From Monocercomonoides exilis PA203 (lineage: Eukaryota > Protista > Preaxostyla): DNA of 64,000 bases. A program made the position numbers and the translations under genes. The stretch is taken from positions 1,426,001 to 1,490,000 of the forward strand of contig LSRY02000015.1 of assembly GCA_001643675.2 (NCBI GenBank), given 5' to 3'. Below the pieces are notes generated by a model. It saw only the letters and a program-made list of their open reading frames with translations. It did not search any database and was not told where the DNA came from. This document shows positions 1-10,984 of this stretch, piece by piece. Numbering within the stretch: the stretch's first letter is position 1; every line of letters begins with the position of its first letter.

Positions 1-2
1 AT

Positions 3-3000
3 GATTGCTCTTTTAAAAACTGTTCTTCAGACGACGATGGAGGGGCAGTTGATATCTATTTAACAAATGCAGAAAACCAGAAAGAATGTGTTATTAATTC
101 CTTTTTCGATAATTGTAGATGCAATGGATCGAGCGATGGAGCAGGAGGCGCAATATTGCATTGGAATCCTTCAGATAAAGTTGTCATTTCAAATTGTTTA
201 TTTTGTCATTGCTATGCAATGTGCTGGGGAGGAGCTGTATTCATAGAAATTAAATCAAATAACATGGGCATTTTGTTTTTGTATTGCTTTTTCCACAATA
301 ACACATGCATTAAAGGTGGGCATGACATTGTTCTTCAAGGTTCAACATCAAACAACATTGATCCAAGTTGCTATTCAACAAGGAATACATCAAATAGGGT
401 TAGTACAGACTTATCTTCGATTGTTGATAAAAGTGAATGGCTTCGAAAAGATTTTGGAATAATGAGATTTGTATCATCGACCGAAACGCAGCCCAATGCC
501 AAAGATACATTTGCATGTGGACTGAATGAAAGTCATCCTTGCAGCTCAATCAGCCATTGTTTGAGTCAACTCATTCCAGGTTTTGTGAAGGATATTGAGA
601 TGCTCACAGGAACAATAAAGGAGACCAAAAGTTCAGATTGCAGCTCCAACACTTACACAATATATGGCCAAAGCAATATGAGCACAGCAATTCATACAGA
701 ATTTGAAACATTAGGGTTATCTCTATTTTCAGTCTCAACAGGCACATTGACTGTCAGAGACTTTGTTCTTGTGCATGACTCGGCACATGCAAATAACCGA
801 GATTCAAGACTATTTGAGATTACTGGAACGGGAGAGATGCATATTAGTAGACTGAACATATCAGCTGGAAGTGGGCAATCTTCAGAAACAGCATTCACCA
901 CAGAGCTGATAAATGTTCAGGGAGGAATATTTCAAATGGAAAGTGTGAACTGGGCAAAGACAATTTCAACTTCTTCGTTGTTTTCACTTTCTTCAACAAA
1001 CGAAATTACATTGACACTTTCAGAGTGTGCCTTTGATGAGATTGAAAGAACAACCAGTGGAGCAGCTTTGATGTCGTTTTCTAATGATAAGGCAAATATC
1101 GGTCTAAATTCTTGTTCATTTTCAGGATGTGGAAGCACATTATCAGAAAATGGAGGATCAATGATGCTGTGTGCAGGAGAAGCGAATGAAGTGAAAGTTG
1201 AAGGCGGGATCTATGATGGGTGCTTTTGTTCAGCAACAGATGGCCTTGGGGGAGGAATCTTTCTTCGATTATTGAATGAAAATCCAAATTTCCTGATTTC
1301 CTGTTCATTCGGAACAAATACAGCCAAATGGGGAAATGATATCTTTGTCATTTCACCCAATCTGGAAGTGACCGCAAAGTCACAAAATATTACATGTGTG
1401 ACAACCTCTTTGGATTCTTTTGACAGAGTGAGAGGATATGATAATGGAAACACGAGTTTGGTCATCCCTCTGTGCATCTATCTCATTCCCACCCCAGAAG
1501 TAATTCATGTGAGCAATTCTGAGGCATCTAATCATTCACATTGTGGAATTATCCAATTTCCTTGCTTGACAATGAAGCACTCACTCACACGTCAGACAGA
1601 AACAAAGATAGTGAATGTGAATGGAATGATTATGATGAGTGATGAATTGGTATTTTCTGAACAGAAACACGAAATCAGAGGAAATGATGAACTGAGTGGC
1701 TGGACAGTCTCCGATGCAAGTTCAACATCAAACTCAGCAATGATTACAGCAAGTGTTGAAACAGAATTATCAGCGCTTATCTTTTCTCTTCCTTCTTCTC
1801 TCTCTTCACACTCCACTTTTATTTTGTCTTCTTCACAACTGACTTTGTCTCGTTGTTCTTTTTCCCTTCAAGATCATTCATCAGAACTTGCATCTTTATT
1901 CTTATCCATTAGCTCGGGAATCCTAACAATTGATTCATTTTCGGCTTCATCAATTGATTTGAGTGGAAATCCATTGATCTCGTTGTCTGGAAGCGGAATA
2001 AACACAGAGTTGATGAACACTAAATGGTTGAATATGACGAATTGCAATTTTACAGAAATCGAAAGAAGAACTGGAAGTGGAGGCTGTGTGAGCATCGATA
2101 ACAGCAATGATGAAAATGAAAATTCAAATAGAGAAATAAATATTGAAGAATGTGATTTTGATGGATGTTCTGTATTAGTTGATGAAAGCAGAGGAGGGGC
2201 AATCAATGTACAGATGAAAGGGAATATTCAAATGAATATTGTTTCATGCACATTTACAGGATGCACAGCACCAGCTGAAGAAGGAAAGACTGGCTTTGGT
2301 GGAGGGATGGCACTGAAGTTGATTGATGATTATTCTTCATTTGTGATCTCATCCCCCATTTTTGATTCAGAAAAGCCAAATGTTGCAAAATGTGGAAATG
2401 ATCTGTTTGTCGAATCATCGGACTTGACAAAGAGCATCACAAACACCTCTCTTCCATTTGTGTCTGGGCATCTGGATGATATTTCCTTGGAATCTATGAG
2501 AGGGTTTGATGGGAATGATAAAGAAAATGCAATTCCGCTTGTCTATTTCTGGCGCACACTTGGCTCAGAGTTATTTGTTGGAGGTAAAGGAAAAGATATG
2601 GGTGCTTGTGGATTCTCAGATTATCCTTGTCTGTCAATTGATTATTCATTGGATCGATTTCCGAAAGGAAATGAAAAGAATATAAACATCATTGGAAAGG
2701 CGATTCTTCAGAACTGTGTTGATCTTGGCGGAGTTTCCATTAAAACAGATGGTAACAATAAGTGTGTTTTGGAATGTCTCTTATCGCTTGAAGGAGCAGA
2801 AGGAGCAGCAATGAAGATTTCTGGAATTACCGATTTCGAACTGATTAACTATGTGATTCCATCTTCATTCACAAATGGAGTCAATTATTTGATGCATGTT
2901 GGATCAAGCGAGGGATTGCTGAATCTGAAAGACTGCTCATTCACCAAAAATGAAGAAAGTGAAGAAGAAATAATAAACTTTGGACTGATCAAAGCAGATG

Positions 3001-6000
3001 GAGGCACGATTCAATTGGAATTTGCAACAATTCAATCATTCAGTTTTGCAAAAGATGTTATTTCTGTGTTATCAACAACGATTTTGAGAATCAAAAACAT
3101 AACGATGAAAAATATTGAGCTGGATGGGGCAAGCGGATTGTGCATTGCAAAGAGTTCAAGAAGAGAGAAAAATGAAGAAGAGCAAGATTTTATTGTTGAA
3201 TGGAGCATATTCGAAGAAGTCACTCAGAATACAACAGATGATATTCCGATCATCCGAAATAACAATGATGAGTCATTGAAAATTGTGATTCGAAACACAA
3301 CGATGAAGGGATGCGGCGGCTCGAAATGTGAAAAGGGAGGAGGGATGTTTTGTGTGTTGAATGAGGGAGGAAAGTTTGACTGCTCATTTTGCACGATTTC
3401 TGAGTGCTTCTGTTCCACCACAGGAAGAGGCGGGTGGCTGTTTCTGGAATGCACCTCGGTGGTTGAGCAGCCTCTGAACTTTGTGTTGTCGAATATCACA
3501 TTCAAAGACAACACTGCATTCAGAGGGAGAGATGTGTATGTTCGATGCCACTCAATCGAAACACAGATAGTTGATGAGCAATTCTTGCTGGATTTCAGAG
3601 CGCCGTTTGTGAAGGAGCTAGCAATATGGGGCTGCACAACAGACTCGTTTGTTGGGGAAGAGGATCTTTTGTTGAGGGTTGTGAAATACCAGAGCGAAAC
3701 GATATTTGTGTCTTCAGTTTCTGAAAACTCAGCAGATAGCAAGCAATGTGGAGAGTTGAGTGCACCATGCCACTCATTGAATCTGGGAGTTCAACACATC
3801 ATTCCTTCATCGTATTCTCAGCTGTTGGTTTCGGAGGAAACAATCATGAACGGGGAATGCGAAGCGAAGGATGTGATTTTCCACTCGTTGCAATCTCAGT
3901 CAGCTGCTTTGGTGCATCTGAACTCAACAATTAATATCAATGAGGGAAATATCATCACAACATCAGAGAATGTTCGGTTTGAGAGATTGAAATTCGATTT
4001 TGATCAATCGTTTTCATATTCAGGAAGTTCTGTCATTCACGAAGCAAGTGGCCAGCTTTCTCTTTCATTTGTTGACTTCTCTTCTGTTGGAGGATCAAAT
4101 ATCGATCAGCCTGTTGTTGTTCTCAACTCAACCTTGCTGAGCATAGAAAATGGAATTCTTCATGTTGACAACTGCTCAGTGTCAATTCTTTCATTCAAGA
4201 AACATTCATTTTTGCTGGATGGAGATGAGGTCTCATTCACAAATATGAAACTGGAACAGATTGAATCAACAAGAAATGTTGTTGAGATTGGACAATGTGG
4301 AAGTGTTGTATTCAATGGAATTGATGCAGATGGAGTGAAATTGTCTGATGGCTGCATCTTTTCAGTAGATGATTCAACTTCAGGAACAATTTCCATTGGA
4401 AGCTCCTCATTCAACAACTGTTCAAGGAATTCTGAAGGAGCTTCTGTTTTCTCTGCTTCTTCAACTTCTGCTCAAATATCTCTTTCTAATTGCTCTTGCT
4501 CAAACTGCCATTCTATCTTTGACAAAGGAAGCATTGTGGAATTGAGCAATGCGAGGGATGCTTCGATGGATTTGTGCAGATTTATTGGAGTGCTTGGAAA
4601 AGAAAGTGAGAATGAGAGAAACAATAAATTTGAAGAAATATGTCAGTGGAATGGATCGCTTGTTCATTCAGCAAATTCTTCGTTGGCAATGAAGGATGTG
4701 ACAATTTTTAATGCTTCTTCGGGTGGATTATCCATGTCGAGTGGGAATGTGAAGATTGAAGCAGGAAACTTCAGCAACAACAATCCCTCTGTTGAAAATT
4801 ATCCATCGCTGAGAAGAAACATCATTTGCTCTGATTCAGGAACATTGAATGTGATGAGTTTGAAAGGTGGAGATGGATTGGAGAGAAATACATCTCTTTG
4901 GCTGTTGAATGCTGGGTGCAGCTTTGAAGGGATTATTTCTGAAAGAGTATCTTCATTTTTCATTCCAGTGTTGGAGAGTGTTGAAACAAGGGAGAAAGAT
5001 GAAGAAATGGAGATTGTGTTCAAAGGAAAGCTTCTTCTCCCATGCAACTTGTCATTCATGGTTGTGAAGCAGAAAGGAGAAGAAAAGCAGATAGAGAAAT
5101 ATGAGTTTGATGAAAGTGAATATGCTTCAGAGACAGAAGTCGAAGGGAGGCTGAAAAGGGAGATAATTCGTGAGGCAGGAGATGAGGAAGAGGTGAGAGT
5201 GAGCATTCTGTTTGGAAATGCCAAAAACCCATCATCCACTGATCCTTTCATTCTGAAGAACAGAAGTGAGCCCAAGGCTAATGGAGATGAAAGGATTGTT
5301 GAAGGAGGAAAAGAAGGGAAATCGTATTGGTTGTTGATTGTGATAATCATGGGCATCATATTGTTGATTGTTCTGATTGGATTTATTTTATTTATTGTTC
5401 GATGGAGGAAGGTCAAGAATGAAGCAGAAGATTTGAGAGAGATTGTGAACGACAACATCAGAAAGGATCCGAAGGCATTTGAGATGGTGACGATGGAGAT
5501 GTCACCTGAGGAGCAGTGGAGGAGAGCAGAAAGGGAGGCAGAGAAGAAGAATGCTGAGAGGATGAAGAAGAGGGTGTATGACACGAATATGCAACATTCT
5601 GAGTCTTCAGAGCATCTTCTTTCTGAGAGTGGATCAACTGAATATATCCTTGGAAGAGACTCAGACAAGATTCCTCAATGGATGTTGGAGAAAGTTGATG
5701 AAGAAGAGATAAGGAAGAGAACACCTTCGCCATCAATTTCTTCCACTTGCTCAACTGATTCAGATTCCACATTTGTTCGAGGGGAGGATTTGTGTCCGAC
5801 CACTTCATCGATGTCGAATCTGGTTGATGCAATGGCCTGTTCATCGCCTCATGAGAAGCTGATTGTGGATTTGAGGGATTCATTGTTCATGCTCCTGCAT
5901 GGGAGGAATAAGACAAAAGAGATGGCGATTGGAAGTCTTCAAGAGAGGGAGCAAACAGCTGCTCAGATCCTGTTCTGGGTGGCAAATGGAGCACTCCACT

Positions 6001-6644
6001 CATTTGATGAAATGGAAAATCCTCTTCAGTCGCTGGGCAGTCTGAGTCCGCACATTGTTCTCTTCTCCGAGCACATGGTGATCTGCATTGTGATGCATTC
6101 AGACTTATTGTCAGATGATGATTCAGATTCATCATCCATATCTTCATCAACCGTTGTGACATCAGCAAGTGATAATGAAAGTGATTCCCTTCCTTCTTCA
6201 GCTTTTGAGGATGAGGATGACTTCAAAAAAGAGTGCCTGAGATGGAAGGCGCCAGAACTGTTGATCAATAAGAAAATGGGAGTAACAAAGGAATCTGTGG
6301 CATTCTCGATTGGGATGATGTTGTGGGAGTGCTTGACCCTTCAAATTCCGTTTGGAGAATACGAAGCGGAAGTGGCAGGGCAGAAGATCGTGAATGGGGA
6401 GAGACCGAATTTCGAAAGCATCAGCACATCCTCGATGGAGAATATTGCCAAGTGTTGTTTGTCTGGATGCGCCTCTCAGAGGCTGACTTTGGCTTTGTTG
6501 AAGCGCGAGTTCATCCAGCGCTTCCCACCAGGTGCTGCTGTGCTCACAATGACAGATGCCGTTGAATGCTACAGCGGATGTAATGGGGAGAGTGAGCGAC
6601 GCAGAGACTCAGGAAGCAGAGGTGGACAGGAAAGCATGCGCTAG
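3..6644 (+). CDS. Giant type-I membrane receptor-like protein 'A' (Cys-rich beta-helix/Pmp-like ectodomain, TM helix, degenerate TK/TKL-like pseudokinase); 5'-truncated by the window edge
   Basis: Frame is open from position 3 (DCSFKNCSSDDDGGAV...) into the 156..6644 ORF and has no introns. Repeated GG(A/G)x and FxxN motifs, four CGxxxxPC modules, TM segment YWLLIVIIMGIILLIVLIGFILFIVRWRK, and kinase C-lobe motifs LRWKAPE, FSIGMMLWECLTLQIPF and GERP. TAG stop at 6642-6644. Confidence 0.9.
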   Translation, partial: DCSFKNCSSDDDGGAVDIYLTNAENQKECVINSFFDNCRCNGSSDGAGGAILHWNPSDKVVISNCLFCHCYAMCWGGAVFIEIKSNNMGILFLYCFFHNNTCIKGGHDIVLQGSTSNNIDPSCYSTRNTSNRVSTDLSSIVDKSEWLRKDFGIMRFVSSTETQPNAKDTFACGLNESHPCSSISHCLSQLIPGFVKDIEMLTGTIKETKSSDCSSNTYTIYGQSNMSTAIHTEFETLGLSLFSVSTGTLTVRDFVLVHDSAHANNRDSRLFEITGTGEMHISRLNISAGSGQSSETAFTTELINVQGGIFQMESVNWAKTISTSSLFSLSSTNEITLTLSECAFDEIERTTSGAALMSFSNDKANIGLNSCSFSGCGSTLSENGGSMMLCAGEANEVKVEGGIYDGCFCSATDGLGGGIFLRLLNENPNFLISCSFGTNTAKWGNDIFVISPNLEVTAKSQNITCVTTSLDSFDRVRGYDNGNTSLVIPLCIYLIPTPEVIHVSNSEASNHSHCGIIQFPCLTMKHSLTRQTETKIVNVNGMIMMSDELVFSEQKHEIRGNDELSGWTVSDASSTSNSAMITASVETELSALIFSLPSSLSSHSTFILSSSQLTLSRCSFSLQDHSSELASLFLSISSGILTIDSFSASSIDLSGNPLISLSGSGINTELMNTKWLNMTNCNFTEIERRTGSGGCVSIDNSNDENENSNREINIEECDFDGCSVLVDESRGGAINVQMKGNIQMNIVSCTFTGCTAPAEEGKTGFGGGMALKLIDDYSSFVISSPIFDSEKPNVAKCGNDLFVESSDLTKSITNTSLPFVSGHLDDISLESMRGFDGNDKENAIPLVYFWRTLGSELFVGGKGKDMGACGFSDYPCLSIDYSLDRFPKGNEKNINIIGKAILQNCVDLGGVSIKTDGNNKCVLECLLSLEGAEGAAMKISGITDFELINYVIPSSFTNGVNYLMHVGSSEGLLNLKDCSFTKNEESEEEIINFGLIKADGGTIQLEFATIQSFSFAKDVISVLSTTILRIKNITMKNIELDGASGLCIAKSSRREKNEEEQDFIVEWSIFEEVTQNTTDDIPIIRNNNDESLKIVIRNTTMKGCGGSKCEKGGGMFCVLNEGGKFDCSFCTISECFCSTTGRGGWLFLECTSVVEQPLNFVLSNITFKDNTAFRGRDVYVRCHSIETQIVDEQFLLDFRAPFVKELAIWGCTTDSFVGEEDLLLRVVKYQSETIFVSSVSENSADSKQCGELSAPCHSLNLGVQHIIPSSYSQLLVSEETIMNGECEAKDVIFHSLQSQSAALVHLNSTININEGNIITTSENVRFERLKFDFDQSFSYSGSSVIHEASGQLSLSFVDFSSVGGSNIDQPVVVLNSTLLSIENGILHVDNCSVSILSFKKHSFLLDGDEVSFTNMKLEQIESTRNVVEIGQCGSVVFNGIDADGVKLSDGCIFSVDDSTSGTISIGSSSFNNCSRNSEGASVFSASSTSAQISLSNCSCSNCHSIFDKGSIVELSNARDASMDLCRFIGVLGKESENERNNKFEEICQWNGSLVHSANSSLAMKDVTIFNASSGGLSMSSGNVKIEAGNFSNNNPSVENYPSLRRNIICSDSGTLNVMSLKGGDGLERNTSLWLLNAGCSFEGIISERVSSFFIPVLESVETREKDEEMEIVFKGKLLLPCNLSFMVVKQKGEEKQIEKYEFDESEYASETEVEGRLKREIIREAGDEEEVRVSILFGNAKNPSSTDPFILKNRSEPKANGDERIVEGGKEGKSYWLLIVIIMGIILLIVLIGFILFIVRWRKVKNEAEDLREIVNDNIRKDPKAFEMVTMEMSPEEQWRRAEREAEKKNAERMKKRVYDTNMQHSESSEHLLSESGSTEYILGRDSDKIPQWMLEKVDEEEIRKRTPSPSISSTCSTDSDSTFVRGEDLCPTTSSMSNLVDAMACSSPHEKLIVDLRDSLFMLLHGRNKTKEMAIGSLQEREQTAAQILFWVANGALHSFDEMENPLQSLGSLSPHIVLFSEHMVICIVMHSDLLSDDDSDSSSISSSTVVTSASDNESDSLPSSAFEDEDDFKKECLRWKAPELLINKKMGVTKESVAFSIGMMLWECLTLQIPFGEYEAEVAGQKIVNGERPNFESISTSSMENIAKCCLSGCASQRLTLALLKREFIQRFPPGAAVLTMTDAVECYSGCNGESERRRDSGSRGGQESMR

Positions 6645-8109
6645 TGGTGAAAATGGTGGTGATCATTAACTTGGTCTTTTCTTTCACCATTTTCATAATG
6701 CATTTAAGAAGAAAGATGATAACAACAATACATCTTTCAACACTCTTGTATTCTTCAAACAAACTGTTCAGCTGTTCAGATGTTGATGCAATCGTCTCAC
6801 TGAAGCAGCGTCCAATCAAAAACTAACTTTATCACCCACAGGAGAAAATAGAAGCAATGATGTTTTGCATTCAAAGAGTGATGTTTGAATGCTATTGATG
6901 AATAAATTAACATTTTTGGAGATTAGAGAAAAAATGAAGTTCAATGGGCATTTTGAATACAACTAACATTGAGGGGAAAGAAGAATTCTTATTGTTTGTT
7001 TTTTGTGTGGCAGATGATTGAATTTTTGAGTTGTCAGCTGGCTCCGTCATTTGCACATGATTTTCAATGTAGGTAATTGGATCTTTGCTGTTTTTTTGGA
7101 AAATATTTCCTTGAAGAATCTGCCATTTGAGGATTAATTTCACAAGCTGCCACATTTTTGCTTTTACTTGAAACAAAAGAATTCCATTGATGAAAAAGAT
7201 ATTTTGTATTTGTTTGATCAATATCAATTTTGAAGTGGAGTATTTTCAGTTGTTTTCTTTGAACTTGTTTTTCATTTTTGCATTTGTAACTCTGACTTTT
7301 TTTAATTCAGTTGCTTCATTCAGTGGCAATTATTGTTATTATCATTATCTTTTATTTTTTCTATTTCTTTTTCCATTTGCTTTTGTTCTTTTCTGTTCAA
7401 AGAATGATTTTCAAAATGGCTTTCACCTTCTTTTGCTTTTTCTCTTTGTTTTTTGAAATAGCAAACATTTTTCATTATTTATTGTTCATCACATGTGTAT
7501 CCATTCATGTAACTCCTTCAATAATTGTAACTCAATTCTTTTATGTTTCATTATCATTTCATTTTTGCATTCATCCACTTTGTTTTTGGAAAATGAATTA
7601 TCATTTTTTTCATATTTCACAACAAGTGATGAAATATTTCGTTTTATGATTTAACAAGACTATTTCCTCAGCAAACAAACAGATTCTGATAATCTTCAGA
7701 AGATCTGAGAAGCAAGTGAATTTCATGTTCTCCTCTTTCGTCTGTTCAAAGACAATCCAAAGGATCACTCCAATATCCAAATTACACCTGCGAAGCAAAA
7801 AATGAGAATTTGATCACTTTGAAATTTTTGAGGTTCTTCAGTTGTTTTTTTATATTTTTTAATCGATGAAGATTGAACAAGTTAATTTTGGTGGCATATT
7901 TATAACTTCTCAAGAAGATCAAAAAAATATTGAACGAAAATTTTAAAATCAAAGGAAGAAATAACGAACGAAGATAATGTTAATAAAAAAATATCCATAC
8001 CAACTTACCAATGCAAACAATAATTGAAACAATAACATTCTCAGACATTTGTTTGTATTCTGTTGAAATTCGGTGAGTTGGAATGAAATTTTGATGAAAA
8101 TATTTTGGT

Positions 8110-8111
<2 letters not shown>

Positions 8112-8163
<52 letters not shown>
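8112..8163. repeat. Poly-T tract (~52 nt)
   Basis: Uninterrupted T run, directly visible. Confidence 0.95.
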
Positions 8164-8164
<1 letters not shown>

Positions 8165-8377
8165 AAATCATAACTTTTTTCAGAGAGTTCGTTCAACAAA
8201 TGTTTCGTTTCTTGGAAGAGGAAAAACTTTGTCAATGATTATTATCGGAAATAAAAACATCAGAATTCAGAATTAATATCACAATTTCAAAACGAAAGAA
8301 TTTTTGGATTGCTTCAAAAAGTCGTTTGTGTTGTGTGATTCTTATTGACTTTTTTGTTTGCTTCAGATTGCTTTTTT

Positions 8378-9704
8378 GGCAAGTGGAGTTGATCCTGGTA
8401 CCAATTTGATCATTTCCCATAATGAAAAATAAAAATGTGATGATTTTAATTGTTTTTGGTCTTTTTTCACTAATTTATATTTGAAATGTTAAAAAGATTG
8501 AATAGGAAAACTATTCGATTGATTCCGTCCATTCGGATGAATTTTCGCCATCGCTTCCACTTGGAGAATCAGATTACATAGTTATTGTTCTTTCATCGGT
8601 GTCTGAATCCATTGAAACTGTCTCATCTTCTGATTCTTCCAGGTTTGTGTATTTTTCTAATTCTTCTATGTATTCTGATTCTCTATATTTAACAAAGTTG
8701 CTGATTAGTTGATTAAAAGATATTTCATAATGTCTCAAATGTATTGAAGACCAAATATATTCCTCTAAGTCTTGGTATCGCACTCCGGTTTTCGGCATTG
8801 AACGGCGAAGGTGTGACCACGCTCCTTCTATAAAATTTGTTGTTTCACCATCTTCATTTTTGTATCCTTCAGTATGATTAACAACCAAATGAATGAAGCC
8901 AAATTGATTCAGTATTTTGTATGTGCTCCAGTCATCAGAAACAATTGTTGTTCCAGGTTTTATTATGAAACGAATGAGTGAGATGAAAACATATTTTGCT
9001 CTGTTTTTACAAAATAATGAACCTTTTTGTGTTTTTAATCAGTTATTTTCTTTCTATCGCGCCAAACGGCAAAATCGACTATTATTGCTTCCATATTATT
9101 GAGGAAAAAAAAATATTCAAAAAATCATCATGAAACCTCGATTATATTTTCTTCCGCACCAAAATGATTCGTCAATTTCAACAACCTCGCTAATTCCTCC
9201 AATTTGTTTCTAATTTCGGAGAAAGATTGTAGATAATGCCCTTCTGATTGCTAAATAATAAAATGTTACAGTATGCCTATCGATTCCATTTATCAAAGAC
9301 GTTTGATGAACCTCCAAATAGCATCAATAACTTGATAGAATTAACATGACATGATTTATTTTCAACTTTGAATCTTCAAAAACTGTGTTTTTTCGGATGG
9401 ACCATCGTTTCTTACAAAATGAACATTTAAATCGACTAGGAATTTCATCCGCTTTCAATACATACACATTGGAACCATCATCAGGGCATTTTTTTAAAGA
9501 ATCCATTTTCCCTGACGTAAACAACAATTCCAATGTTTCTATTTCGTTTGAAAACATTTTCAGAAATTGTGGAATACTTATTTTAGTCATAATCGTGACT
9601 TGCTGATGTTGAGCCATCTGAGTTGCTTAAGTGGAAAATATTTTGAATTTTTTTAAAAAATTTTGGTACATGATCATTTGGAACCAGGATCTACTCCACT
9701 TGCC
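8378..9704 (-). mobile_element. Merlin/IS1016-like (IS1595 superfamily, ISXO2-type DDE) DNA transposon
   Basis: TIRs GGCAAGTGGAGTTGATCCTGGTACCAA (8378) and, as reverse complement, GGCAAGTGGAGTAGATCCTGGTTCCAA (ending 9704), 25/27 identical. Flanks GCTTTTTT / GCTATTTT form an 8-bp TSD with 1 mismatch. Transposase remnants lie inside. Confidence 0.9.
8574..9617 (-). pseudogene. Merlin/ISXO2-like DDE transposase pseudogene
   Basis: Zn-ribbon-like N-terminus (KKCPDD...FKCSFCKKRWSIRKNTVFEDSKL), then IGGISEVVEIDESFW, TIVSDDWSTY and VNH...TNFIEGAWSHLRR, matching the D/D/E motifs of ISXO2-like transposases. Interrupted by in-frame stops and frameshifts. Confidence 0.85.
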
Positions 9705-9859
9705 GCTATTTTTCAAAAATTGCAATCAGGTGAACACTCAAAAGTGACAAACAATTTCTTAATTCAATTTCGTTATATTTTGTGATAATTGAAAAATGAA
9801 ATAAAATTATTATTAGCCTGTCTTACCTGACAAATCATTTTTTACATCGTCCGTCACAA

Positions 9860-9865
<6 letters not shown>

Positions 9866-9922
<57 letters not shown>
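9866..9922. repeat. Poly-A tract (~57 nt) just inside the hAT left end
   Basis: Uninterrupted A run, directly visible. Confidence 0.95.
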
Positions 9923-9924
<2 letters not shown>

Positions 9925-10984
9925 TCATTCCGTTTCCATAATATAAAGTGAAAAAATACAAAGAAGATTTTTTTTTACGCTTGCACTGTGATATTAATTC
10001 AAAATTGGTATTATATCATATTCATTATAACTTTTTTACCTATTTTTCTATTAAAAACAGTTGACTTCTAGCCATTTTGGGCAAACTGAAAATTTGTTTT
10101 AATTTCGTTGTTTTCATGATATCGGTTTGCTTTTACGTTTTGATTTTTTTTGTTGGAGACTTCTCTTTAAATGCATTCCTATGTTGAATGATAAATAGAT
10201 TGAACTTTCTTGAATTTTAGTAATTTTGTCAGTAATTATCAAACTAGTGAAATTATATGAAACTCTCCTTATTGTAATTGAAAGAAAATCAAAAAGTAGT
10301 TAATATAGAGCAGTTATTAGTTTTATTATAAATAAATAATAACATATAATTTTTTATGTAAAATGTTCTTTTATATCAAATTCTTTTGGAAAGGTACCTC
10401 GTGTTTTGATTCAAGTCATGAATCAATCTTAAATAGCTTTCAACTTTTCATTTTCTTTTTTGCTCATCTTTTTCTTCTCATTCAAACATATCAACAACAT
10501 ATCAAACTATTTCTTCTGCTTCACATCAAAATTTACTTCATCAAATTGTATTTCTTCGCATTCTGCATCAGCGTGAGAGATAAAGAGAAAAATGAAGAAG
10601 AAACGAAGATTATTGTTTGAGCAAGAAATTTTTGTTATGAAGATGAAAATGTGTTTTATGTGAGAAAGGGAAATGAAGGCAACAAGAAAATTTACACCAA
10701 GCCAGAGAAGATATTTATTGTCAGGAATTAGAGCTAAATTGACTTTAGCTTTTGAGACTGGAGTTGAAAGCACTTTGCGGAATCTGTCTGATGCCTCATG
10801 GCAGCTGTGAGATTTTTATTTTTAATCCAACAGAATGGCAGATGACAGCAACTGCAGCATTTTTCATTTCTGAATTGATCTTTTCACATATTCCTCATTT
10901 AATTCATCTGATGCAAGACCAGAACGATTATTCATTCATAATTAGCATAGCTTCTTCATCTTCTAATTTCAACACAACTTTTTA

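Noticed and set aside
8112-9922. Poly-T and poly-A tracts as retroposon tails or as a long inverted repeat around Merlin
   Set aside because: No TSD or reverse-transcriptase remnant. The poly-A lies inside the hAT end, where the sister element is also A-rich.
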